A model generated the notes under the pieces. It worked only from the letters and a program-made list of their open reading frames with translations. It made no database searches and was not told where the DNA came from. From Ginglymostoma cirratum (taxonomy: Eukaryota): a DNA stretch of 64,000 nt. Every line of letters begins with the position of its first letter. Positions within the stretch are counted from its first letter, which is position 1. Location of the stretch: positions 16,528,081 to 16,592,080 of the forward strand of contig JAHRHZ010000078.1 in the NCBI GenBank assembly GCA_024137785.1, in the 5' to 3' direction. Position numbers and translations under genes: made by a program. Positions 11,861 through 23,395 of the stretch are shown here, piece after piece.

Positions 11861-14800
11861 CTTCAATTTATCTCACTGTGCCAAAGTGCCATCTTTTTGT
11901 ACAGTCCAGACTGAAAGTGCTGCATAATCCTCGCATGTGATGCTCCCACATTGAACAAGGACTAAATGCTATGCTACTTTGAGAGTTATGGGAAAAGCAG
12001 TACTCCTTTAAATATTATTCTAAGATCATATTTGTGTCAAGGATGTGTAGTTTGATTCGTTTAAGTATAGTTCCAACAACAGTCAATCAGCCAGATGATA
12101 TAAAATGGCAATATATTTATGAATGTGATAATCTGTTTGCACTGAGTTGTCACCCTTGCCACTTTTTTGCCCTAATTTTGATGAATCACAGCCTGTGTCT
12201 ACAACCCTGCAAACAGCCAGACCATTCTATGGAATAAAAAGCCTCTGAATTTCTATAGCAATGTCTCCAGATAAAAACTGAACATTTCAGCTGCATTTTA
12301 AACAATCTCAGTTGAAAATCAAAAGCCTACAAAATTTTAGAGCTGGATCTAAAACAATGAATTGAGTCTTTTACTTTGCATGACTTAGAATTTGGCCATT
12401 TTATCTACCTCTACCATTTAACTCCAATTGTGTCTGTGGATTTCAAGTGCACATGTTGTATTTCAGGACATACATTGCTAGTTTAATGTGTTATCCAGGT
12501 CAGTTTCAGAACGTCCTTTTACTTGGTTAAAATTCAAGAAAAATCTGTCTGGCTAAACCTTTCCCACTAACACACAAGCAGTTAAATACATAGAACGAAT
12601 TGAGAAGTCTATCTTCTTAAACAAGGAGAAAACAAACCAGGAAAACTATCCCGTTTTCCCTTCACCTGGTCGTATCAATTGAGAGAAAGGAAGCCTGTAC
12701 ACATTTCCAACTTTGTTGGCTCACAGCCTCAGGCAGTAATTTTGCACTCTGAATGCCTTCCGCGGTTATATTAGTGTGGTTAAATATTGAATTTGCAACA
12801 GATCTGAAGCTGTCACTTGGCGGACATAATGTAAAAGGTATGAAATTTATCCCATTAGGAACCAGTGAGATAACCAATTCCATATATTCACAGAGACTCA
12901 GAGGAAAATATGCCATGCATCAACTGCAAACAGTAAAGTATTGCCCCAAAAGTCAGTATTGCACAGGGAAAGGAAATAGAGCTGATCCAAATCTAGATTA
13001 ATTTCCCTCTGGGAATGGACCTTTAAAATTTAATTTGAAATTTTCAATTGCTCATTTTTATTAAAGTTTCCAACCTTCTCAGAATTAAACATGTCAATGT
13101 AACTGAAGACTTTGACTTGAAGAAACTCTTAAAAAAAAAAATGACTCGAGTCCATGGCACTAGTCTGAATAGCAGCCAAAGCACGGCTGTAGTTAAAGCA
13201 GAATTTAATGTTTCAGTATAGTTTAATACAGGGCAATGTTTCATAACTGGGAAAACCTCTAATGATTTCCATCACAGTACTGATGCTCTATGCAAGCAAA
13301 GTCCAGTGATTGACTTTGCAAAGTACAAATTAATTTCAACACTCAATTTGAATGATATTGTAGACTAGAGTTTTTGAACAATGAATTGTAGACTAATTAT
13401 TTCCCACAATCTGATCCACTTAATCCTACATGTGATAATATTTCTTAATAACTGAATTAAGTTAAATTTGTGCATCTGAAAAGGCATATGAAACATAAGT
13501 TTTAACACTCAGATCTATTGGTATTAGCAATATGAGCTATTGACAAATTGGTGGGAACATGGAGTAAACTTTATGCACTTTAAGACAGACTACCTAGTGT
13601 AGTTGTGACAGAAGTGGGCTCAAAAATTGAATTGGATCACTCAGTTCTCATGCTAACAGAAGTTTTTATCATTGGCATCATGCAAGAGACCAGAATACCC
13701 ACCCATTAAAGCTGGCAAACCCTTTAAAAGTATGTAAATGACCTGCACAAACACCCCACTCGCAATTTAGAGGTTGAATGGAAAAAGAACTGTATATCCT
13801 CTACCCACTTTCTCCAGGTAATTTCTTGAAGCTCTAATCATTTTTGTTTGGTTTTATTGCTGTGAGCAGTGAGATTGGTCACCCCAAGCCATCTCTTCTG
13901 CAACTGGTTCCCTCTCCAGATCTGCAATCTGACTGGCTCACCATACCTTCTAGCCAGAATTAATCCAGTCACAATCAGCAAGCTATAGCCAAACAGTCAT
14001 TTCAGTATTTCATGTTTACATCTTGCTGAGTCATGGCCATCAGGTGGAAGCCAGATAATGACTCACCATTTGCTTCTAGATCTGAAGATATCTCTGCAAC
14101 TCAGCATTTCTCCCTTGTTACAGCTGTAGCGAAAAGTGGACTATCAGTGTTCAACTTCTGTCATTTGACTTCAATGCTTGAAACTTACACGGCCTAAAAA
14201 TGGTTTGTAAAAGGACAATACTGAACTAAAATAGTTGCTATAATCATCTGACAAGTTTTGGCAACCCATGTGGAGTAAATGACCTTGCTGCCTCAGAATG
14301 ACGGTTTTAATTAAGAGGCACTGAAACTCAGTGAGGTGGCAAGAAATTCACATCTATTACACTTACACGATAACGTCATGAAAGGTTGTTTCTAACTTTT
14401 CCAGCTTGAAGTAAAACTGACACGGAAAACAGAATCTGCAAAGGGGATTGTATATCAACAGCAGCCTTTGAGCAAAAAGATAGAAGGCGACGTGAACTGG
14501 TAACTGAAAGGATACCGGAAGCTCTTCTCTCAAACTATAAAAACCAACACTGGTTAAAAAAGAAACTAAAAAAAAAAATCATTCGCTGATAACTCCAGAT
14601 CTGTAAACTCTGTCACTGCTAAGCAAGACCGAATGACAGCTAAACCGTGGGAATGACATTTTCATTTTCACAACAGGAGAGAATGCTACAATCTGTAAAT
14701 GCATTTGACTTTGCTAAGCTATCTATATCACTTACCTCAGGCCCCTTCTCTGTAAGTCGTGTTTGGTAGTTTGTTTGCTGTTACTTTTTTGCGGGGGCGG

Positions 14801-14929
14801 GGAGTGGCAGGGGGTGTGGGTAGATGGGTAATAGGTAAAACTTCACCAAAGAAAATCTTGGGAATACCTCTTCTTCTTTTTTGATTTTAACTAAATTTGA
14901 TTGCAGTGTGTGATAGCTACATGCTAGAA

Positions 14930-15655
14930 AAGCATAATATATGTTGAGCAGAGGTACAGAGAGATCAGGATGTCCTCATGCATGATTTGCAAAAGATTAG
15001 TTAGGTAGAGCAAGCGATTGGGAAAGCGAATAGAATGTTATTATTTAAAAGAGGAATTGAGTACTAACGTAGGGAGCTTCAGTTATACTGGGCACTGGTG
15101 AGACCAGAAACAGGACTGGTCACCTTATTTAGGGAAGGATGTAAGTACACTGGAGGCAGTTCAGTATTGGTCTCCAAGAGCAGTACCTGGAATGGGTGTC
15201 TTGTCTTAGGAGCACAGGTTGAACAGGCTAGGCTTGTATCCAAGGAGTTTAGAAGTGTAAGAGGTGGTTTGATTGAAACATTTAAGATCCTGAGGGATTT
15301 TGACAGGGTGGATGTGGAGAGGATGTTTTCTCTCGGGAGACAAACTAGAATTCGAGTTCACTGTTCAAAACTAAGCGGTCACACAGAGATGAGGAAACAT
15401 TTTTCTCTCAGAGGTTTGAGAGCCTTTGAAACTCCCTTCCTGAAAAAGGTGATGGAAGCAGATTCCTTGATTTTTTTTAAAAAAACACAGAGGTAGATAG
15501 ATTCTTGTTAAGCAAGGAATTGAAAGGTTATTGGGATAGGCAGGAATGCTAATTTGAAGTTGAAATCAGATCAGTCATGATCTTCGTGAATGGTAGATCA
15601 GGTCTGAGGGCTGATTGGCCTATCCCTGCTTCTTGTTCACATGTTCATATGCTTA
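14930..15655 (+). mobile_element. CR1 LINE 3' fragment
   Basis: FRSVRGGLIETFKILRDFDRVDVERMF and a 3' UTR with cagatcagtcatgatc...gttcatatg tail. Confidence 0.85.
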
Positions 15656-15899
15656 TGAGCAGTAATAAACATCTGTTGAATCTTTCAATGAGAAGTTATC
15701 CACATCTAGTTTCTATATTAAAGGAGCTAACAAGTATTGCTGCACAAGGTAGAAGTACGCTGTTGGAGGTAGAGCCTAGCGATGGTTGTAGATCAGTGCC
15801 ATTATTCCCCTTGCCTGGTTGTAACAGATTATTGGTAGGTCCATAGTTAGTACGAAGGTGGCATCACAGAGATAAAAAACTGGAGCTCTCCTCGAAGAA

Positions 15900-16100
15900 G
15901 AGGAGGATGCTGGGAACCTGAAATTAAAGAAAACAGAAAATTCTGGAAAGAGTCAGCAGTGTCTTTGGATGAGAAGAAAAAGGATAAACCTTTCAGACAA
16001 ATGAACACTAAAACGTCATAGATCTGACCCACTGGTGTTTTTTTGCACCAATGCTAGTTGACCCGCTGGGTATTTCCACCATTTTTGAGTTTATTTTGGA
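15900..16100. mobile_element. Old Penelope-like inverted pseudo-LTR remnant
   Basis: gatgctgggaacctgaaatt...ctggaaagagtcagcag on one side and gacccgctgggtatttccaccatttt on the other, resembling both orientations of the 42429 family. Confidence 0.5.
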
Positions 16101-17054
16101 ATTCAAGATTCCATATAAAGAAACAAAGGATGACTGAAGATGTGTTTAAAATTGCCAAGACAAAAAGATTACCAGAAAGTAACATCCAGAGAAGAAAATG
16201 GCAGCATTCTGGCCATTTGATCAGAGCTGATTAGCTACAGAGATCTCATCTAGTCGGCAAAATGGAGGGCAGCAGGAAAAGGGGCCTACTTAGGTCATTG
16301 AATGATGGATGTCACAGTGTGATTAAGGACAGGTTTTAGTGGATGTGTGAGGTTGGTGCCTGGCAAACAATAGCGGCACATGATCTCCTTGTCGAAGGAG
16401 TAGCTACAAGCAACAGCAGTATTGTGGAGAACACCTGTGTTGGAACATGCCCGTTTGTGAACTGTTGAATGATAGGATATCCAACTCCAGTGTTAATCAT
16501 TTTTTGGGGCAGTGTACTTCACATTTATCAAATAACTTCAACGTTTTTCAAAAAAAAACGAGGGCTGCTTTGATTTGGTCTCTCTCTGCTGTGAGCTCCT
16601 TAATAGGAAGCAGTGCACAGTAATCTGGGCTACACTTCATTAATGAACAGTTGGGAATCAGCAATGACACACTCTGTTCTCACTGGCAAAGTGCATTCAA
16701 TGTGGGCAAAGATCAAATCATTCATTGGTTGTATGATTCTATTCAGATCACAATCCCATTGAAAGTAAGCCAAATAGTCATACTTCGTGATGTTGATGGA
16801 CAGGAAATGGATCCTTTCCCCTGAGCTTTCAGAACTGTTCCCCAAAATCCAGCTGGTTACTCCAACTTCTGCCACTGAACCAACTGCCAAATGAAGCTCT
16901 GTCTGTCAGATCTGTTGTAATTTCCCAGTGGTTCAAGTAACAAAAAGGAGCTCAGCCCTGGATAAGAATCTGAAAAATATGATCGAAACTAAATTAAATA
17001 AGCTTAAAAAAATGGGTTGGGGTTGTGATAGTGGTCATGGAAACAACTTGTTAA

Positions 17055-17560
17055 ATTGAAACAAAAAAAAACAGAATTTGCTGAAGAAGCTCAGCAGATC
17101 TGGCAGCATCTGTGGAGAGAAATCAAAGTTAACATTTTGGGTCCAGCGAACCGTCCTCAGAACTGTTAATGTTGAGTCCAGTGACCCTTCAGAACCAGGA
17201 GCAGCTAGGATAAGATGGTATTTTTTATGTCGATGGCAGGGGTTTGGGAGGAAAAAGGTTGAGTGGATACGTGGAGATGGAACCCAGAGAGAGCGAGAGA
17301 AGTAAGGTTAAGCAAACAAAGGGATTGTTGACAGAAAGCCAGGGAAGGGGAGGTGCTGGACAGGTGATAATGGGGATGAGGTAAATAGTTGAAAATGAGT
17401 TGGTTGTGCTGAATGCAGCCCAGTTCAGGACAGGACCTAATGTTATTTTACAGACAGAACATTGGTGTTCTGCAAATCTATCACCCAGTGTGCATTTCAT
17501 CTTCCCAGCATAGAGGAGACTGTATTGTAAGCACAGAATACAGCAAACTAGACATATTAA
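17055..17560 (-). mobile_element. Penelope-like element 3' remnant (GIY-YIG endonuclease plus pseudo-LTR)
   Basis: Minus translation LVCCILCLQYSLLYAGKMKCTLGDRFAEH matches the PLE motif VYCI.C..C.LLYIGETKRRLGDRFAEH. The pLTR is homologous to 42429-42565. Confidence 0.85.
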
Positions 17561-17700
17561 ATTGACACTGGCTGTAGGTACTCTGATTACCGGATATAGC
17601 CAGTGCTAACTGTGCCGTTATTCAACTGTAACCTTCAACCGAGGGACTGCTACCATAAGTGTTGAGTGCTTAAGTAAAAAGTAGTTTCGCCTTTTCATGC

Positions 17701-17990
17701 TGAATTGTATTGTGGTTGTAAGAATTCAGTTGAAAACCAAATCTGTTACTTAGTGAAATATCGAAGTAGGTTTTTCCTAAATGCATTGGTGATCTCAATG
17801 CCAGAGGTAGGGGGAAGAAGAAAGGTCTAGTACCCAAGGTGGACAGGGTGGGAGTACAGGTGGTCCTTGAGATATGTGCCCATAAGGAAGAGGGAGAAAA
17901 TAGCAGCCTAGGTCAGCTCCAAGACCGTAACTCCAAGAATATGGGTCAGTGCAAAAAGATTAATAATCCAGACATGTGTTGCTAAAATGA
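17701..17990 (+). mobile_element. Harbinger Myb/SANT-like ORF fossil, copy 1
   Basis: FLNALVISMPEVGGRRKV*YP...EKIAA*VSSKTVTPRIW, then after a frameshift QCKKIN; matches the MSANT pattern EV..RR.VLYP...IA..VS....RTW.QC.KK.NDL. Confidence 0.6.
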
Positions 17991-19751
17991 AAAAGATCAA
18001 CCATCAAGTGGCATTTCATATCATCTGAGCCACCAGTGGCATCCACTGCTGGTAGCATTACAGCCCCTATACCTGCCTACAAGAAATCACAATCAGTACT
18101 CAACCATTCAGTTCATATAATCAGTCAATCTACAACTCATTGCTCACATGCACAACAGCTAGTCAACCAGGACTGTCAAAATGAACCGGATTGCAGGAGA
18201 AGGTATCACATAACAGCAAGCATCATTCACTCTTACAGTTGTAGCTACCAGTTCATAGACTGACACTCTGTGTAATTCCAGAGCGAGAATTCTGGAGGGT
18301 CCTGCAATGTGATGATACATAGGCAAAGGATTGATGGAGGGTTGTGATTGGGGCTGCAAGGTTTGGGAGGTGTGGGAGGGGGTGTGAAGTGTATTGATTC
18401 CATAGATGGTAGTACGCTTGAGGGTGAAGTCATACACAAGCTCTGCTGCAGATGACTTCACTGGACCAATGATGATATATGGTTGACCAGTGGAACACAA
18501 ACAAAAGCTGGAAAGCTTGGAAGAAACCTTCACACGATGTCAAGGAGGACTCCACTTCCAAAATGGCCTCAGTGCTTTGTACTGTGCTTGGAGGGTATCC
18601 TTTCCAACATGAGATGGCTTGGCACCTCCATTAGCACACCGTATTTGATGCAGTGTCAGGTGGCTGATGGCCCTGCTTTCAGTACAGCACACACATTTGA
18701 CTGCTGTTTTGGAATTGCAAAGTGGTGCCTTCAAAGCTCAGGCTGTTGCTCCCATGGCCATGGACATCATGGATTGCTCATTTCATCAGGATTGCTACAG
18801 CAGTGCCCTGGGAGGGTGCAGTGTCTCCAGTTAATGGGAGCCTATTGTCTCCACTCTATAGGATGGCATTACTGGTCCCATCCTTGTCACTCCACCTGTG
18901 TCCTTCTGTCACTTGGCTGCCCGCCAACCCACATCACCTCCAAGCTGAAATGGTGCAGTCTGAAGCTGGCACCGCTAGACCTGGACTTCTCCACGTATCC
19001 TCCAAAAACTATTTCCTCAATGAGCAATGTTACTGCTGCCATGCTTAGGCCATTGAGAAAGCACTTCATAGAAAGCCTGGGAAAGAGAAAATCCCATGGA
19101 CACAGGCAAAATTACACAAGCAACATGAATTGTTTTATTTTGTATGCATTATTTTGTGAGTGAACTGATCAAATTAAGCGTTACTATGTATTCCGTGAGG
19201 ATTTTTATATCTTTGGTGAACCAGAGAGAGTTGTCAGGGAAAAAACAGTGAGGTTGGAAAGGGAAGAAATATAGGGATGTTAATGAATGAGTTGGCATCG
19301 TTGAGATTACTGATATATTACCATAAAGGCCAGGCTAAACAAAATACTGTCAATTTCAAAACTCACTTCCTTGAGAACTGAAAGGGTCCCCTAGAGCAGT
19401 CCAGTACAAGTAATGGAAGGATACATGAGGACACTGATTACGGCGGGCTCCAGTATATTCCTTGTCACAATATAGTTCACAGTGTCGGTCTGCAGAGCAC
19501 ATTTACATGGATTTCCCATTGGAATCATGAGAGAAAATGCATGTCGTCCAGAAGTCAGTCCTTGGCAAGTACGGACCAGGAGGTTTCTGCGGAACAAAGG
19601 TCATGACTGCTGCCAGGGTAATGGACTTTCATGGCCAATGAAGTGCTGGACGTCACTGATGAAGATGATTACGTTCTCACCCGAAGTAATGTGCATGCAG
19701 TGAGTGGTACCCTAAAGCCTGGCTTGCTTTTCCTGTTTGTCTGTGCACTGG

Positions 19752-19968
19752 TGAATTGTAGTGTGGTTGTAAGAAGTGATCCAAGTTAGTTGAAAACCAA
19801 ATCTGCTCCTTAGTGAAATGTCTAAGCAGGGTTTTTTTTCTAAATGCATTGGTGATCTGAATGCCAAAGGTAGAGGGAAGAAGAAATGTCCTGTACCCCT
19901 GTGGGGAGGGTGGGGGTACAGGTGGCCCTTGAGACATATGCCCATAAGGAACAAGGTGAAAATAGCAG
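19752..19968 (+). mobile_element. Harbinger Myb/SANT-like ORF fossil, copy 2
   Basis: Clear nucleotide homology to 17701-17910; encodes RRNVLYP. Confidence 0.6.
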
Positions 19969-22302
19969 AAAAAAGTATTTTTAAGAGAGCCTTTGCAACC
20001 CCCATTAGGAGTGCACTGTAAACTATGAGATGCCTTTTACAGCAGCAGCATGAAAAGAACAAGAGATATATAAATTAAGACCCACAGACAATGTTCTTGT
20101 CTTGCTTGGACACTGCAGTTGTGATTGGAGCCATTGTTAGATTTCACACACAATCTCTAGTGTGAAGTGAAGGCATTTCATTCAATGTTCCTTGCTACAG
20201 TTGAGGCAGGAGAATGAAAGAATGCCACCTTGAAGTCTTTCCCAGGATATGGCCTCCTCCTCAGTATTTTTCAAAACCCCCTCCTACTCCTTCTCTGAGG
20301 AGTTTCTACTCTGCATTGCCTCTTTTTTTTAAAAACTTTTCCAAGTCACACTCAATTTTAAAGAGGAAGACCCACCAGGCCACCCATTTCAGTTAATAAC
20401 TTGTTTCGGCACAGTATTTCAAATTAAAATTTTAAAAATACAGCAAAATCAGCGTGACCACTCCTCGCAGAGCACAGCAACTTAAGCCAACAGTAGGAAA
20501 ACTCCAAAAACATAAACAATTACATGCAATAGCCAAAATAAATAATCGAGCAACTAACTTCAAATATCTTATAATAGTGCTGGCAGCAGTGGGGAACCTG
20601 CCCTCTTGTTAAGCGTCTTATTCCTCAGCTTTACAAGGTTAAGGCAGGGACAGTGAGGAAGTTCCAAAAATGATAACAGCAGCAAGGTGTTGGCAATTGT
20701 TAGACACTGTAAAGAGACGGGATCTTGCAGGATGCCAGGAACAATTTTGAGTACATCATGGAGCCTAAAGATAGGGAGCCAAATGGCCCAGTTCAGCCTC
20801 AAATGAGTTGCATCATCTTTTACTAATTCTCGTGATATTGGAGTCAATTGGGAGACATTTTCTCACACAAAGGATTCCTACTTTTACCCTGAGAAGTAGC
20901 TGAAGGTTTCTGCGGAGGTGATGAAGGGATTAGTGCGATCAGAGGTTAACGGAGGGGTGTTAGGGTAGGGGGGGAAAAAGTCTGCAGCAGTACACCTGGA
21001 TGTAATTCCATAGTTACACAGCAAAGCACATTCATATGCTGTTGCAAGACCCAGAGAAAATCTGTACATGTAGCAAAGAAAACAGAATGATCAATGGGGC
21101 TCATCTAATAAGAATCCTTGTTTACAAACCAATATTTGAGACCAGAGACAAATAACATACACTCCACAAATCCTCAGTGCTGATTGATTTGTTTTCATAA
21201 GGCTTTACCACTTGTGATTTCCACAAATAAATCCTTTTGAAGTTCATTCAGTCTCTTCTGTCAGAATTTGTTCATAGTTAAGTGCCTTGGTTACAATCAT
21301 AACAAACTGTAGAACTCATTATTTTTAAATCCTTTTTAGGAATGTTGTGAAAATACCAAGTTTGAGGTCTTGACTTTGTCACGGAATCTGTGAATGCAAT
21401 GAATTTATGACCTCTCCCTACTGCTCCTTTCACTGATGCAACTTGTAAAAACAAAAATCATGAACCTGAAAATAACAAAATCTTTCTTCTCAGAGATGAA
21501 GTTCTGGAGACGACGGGCACATTATTTTGTGTCCTTGATTAGCACACTGATCCAATGCCATTTTGTCCAAAAGTGCAACTGAGGGGTAGGACAACTCACC
21601 CACAAGCTGTGGACAGCCAAACAATGGAGATTAGAAGCCAATTATTAGAAACCAACTGGAATTGTGGTCTCAGGAACAAGAAGGCCATTCCCAGCTCCCT
21701 GGGCACAACAGGATACATCTCTCGATCTCTAAACTTTTCTTCTGTTTTGGAGGATCTTCAATTCGCCTTGTGTCTTCAAAGACCTGAGCATTACCTCAGG
21801 AGACAAATTGTCCAATTCACAGTCAATCTCCGCCTGGTGACTTCTCTTAAAGCAGTTCATTGGATCCCAGCCCCTAAAATCAAAAAGCCCACCCTTGATT
21901 TCTGGCAGCATACATCTGTCTTATCTCATTTTGTTTAAATCAAGAAAGATTCCTCTTAAATGTAACTGCTGAGAAAAATAGCAATAGTTTCTGAGATTGG
22001 TATTTCATTCGAATGTCAGGTAATTTTTTTTTCTGGGGATTGAGAATATAAGGAACTTGATGCATGGCAAATTGTAAGTTGGGAGGACACATGAAATTGG
22101 ACAATAGCTCCTAAAACTCCCACATTGGAGATTTTCCTCAACTCATTTTGTTATAGATTGATTGATGGAGATTAATTGCTTTAATTGCCCAATAGCTCCA
22201 TTCTAATTGTATCATGTGACTACCAGGGTGACAAAGGGATCTTGATCTTTCTCGTCCGATAATCCCTAGTTTCTTCTTTAGTAGGCTGCTGAATCGGGGC
22301 TT

Positions 22303-22420
22303 GGGAGGACTGTTGTGGTACAGTGATAGTGTCCCTACCACTGGATCAAGAGACTTAGGTTCAAGTCCCACCTGCTCAAGAGGTGTGTAATGATATCTCT
22401 GAACAGGTTGATTAGAAGAA
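22303..22420 (+). mobile_element. Short tRNA-derived SINE
   Basis: A-box-like tggtacagtga and B box ggttcaagtcc (22358-22368); does not end like a tRNA. Confidence 0.75.
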
Positions 22421-23134
22421 TAGGTTAATTTTTTTTAAAAATTTCAAATATTGTGAGTTTTGATTCCTCAATGAGAGGACACCTCACTACCTTAATCTCT
22501 GCAAGCCTGACAAAACTCACCAGACTGAGGTAATGAGGTTTGGCACGCAGCCCTGGGAAATAAACTCTTGACCTTCTGGTTGAGAGTCAATCCCATCAGC
22601 TACCAGGCCACCCATATCTTGGAGCTCTGGTCTTCATTATCTAAATCCTGGATAAGGAACCAAGTATGTTGTTTACATGAGGAAATCAAATTCAATTTGA
22701 ATCTGCTCAGTCCAATCTCTTGAACATTTTCCTCACCTATGCCCTCTGCACCGGACAATACAAAATATTTTTTTATGGCATATGTATGAATACATCAGGC
22801 AAAAACTGGATGTCAACAGACCTTTGCCTCATTCAAGCCTGTTTGCTTTAAAGCCATTTTTGAATTAGCAGGAGCTAAAGGTTTGACTCTGATCAGAGTT
22901 CAGAGGAAATTAATTTGCACTATTTACACTGTAGCTTTTAACTTAAAACAGCTGCAAGTCAAAACAAAGTGGAAAGTGCAGACGTAGTGTAAAGACGTGA
23001 TTATTCATATGCCTAGGAAGCTTAAGAGGTCCATTCAGTTAACCATTGATGGCACTTAATGGCTCTCTGTGTACTACCATGTGACATAAATGTGAATTAA
23101 AACCTACTTTAATTACATGAACCACGCTGCGTTA

Positions 23135-23395
23135 TGGAAGCTTAGTGGTGTTGTCACTGGAGTAGTAATCCAGAGACCCAGGCTAATTCTCTAGGGATGC
23201 GGATTAAAATACCACCATGGTAGTCTAAAGACAACTAATAAATCTAGAACTGAAAGCTTGCCTTGGTAATAGTAGCCATTACACTGTCATCAATTGTAAA
23301 AACCCATATGGTTCACTAATGCCCTTTTGGAGATAAAAACATTATCTGATGTGGCCTGCTTCAGATCCATACCAATGTGGTTGCCAGTGTCTTGA
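23135..23395 (+). mobile_element. tRNA-derived SINE (family of 26890-27243), degraded
   Basis: tagtaatccagagacccagg...aaaacccatatggttcactaatgccc matches the reverse complement of 26890-27243. Confidence 0.75.

Noticed and set aside
18483-19163. Longest ORF in the track (226 aa)
   Set aside because: No recognisable domain, non-ATG start, Cys/Ser-rich random composition, and it lies within a decayed Harbinger cluster.
17701-19968. LTR pair of a small LTR element
   Set aside because: No TSD, PBS or PPT, and the repeats translate as Myb/SANT-like coding sequence.
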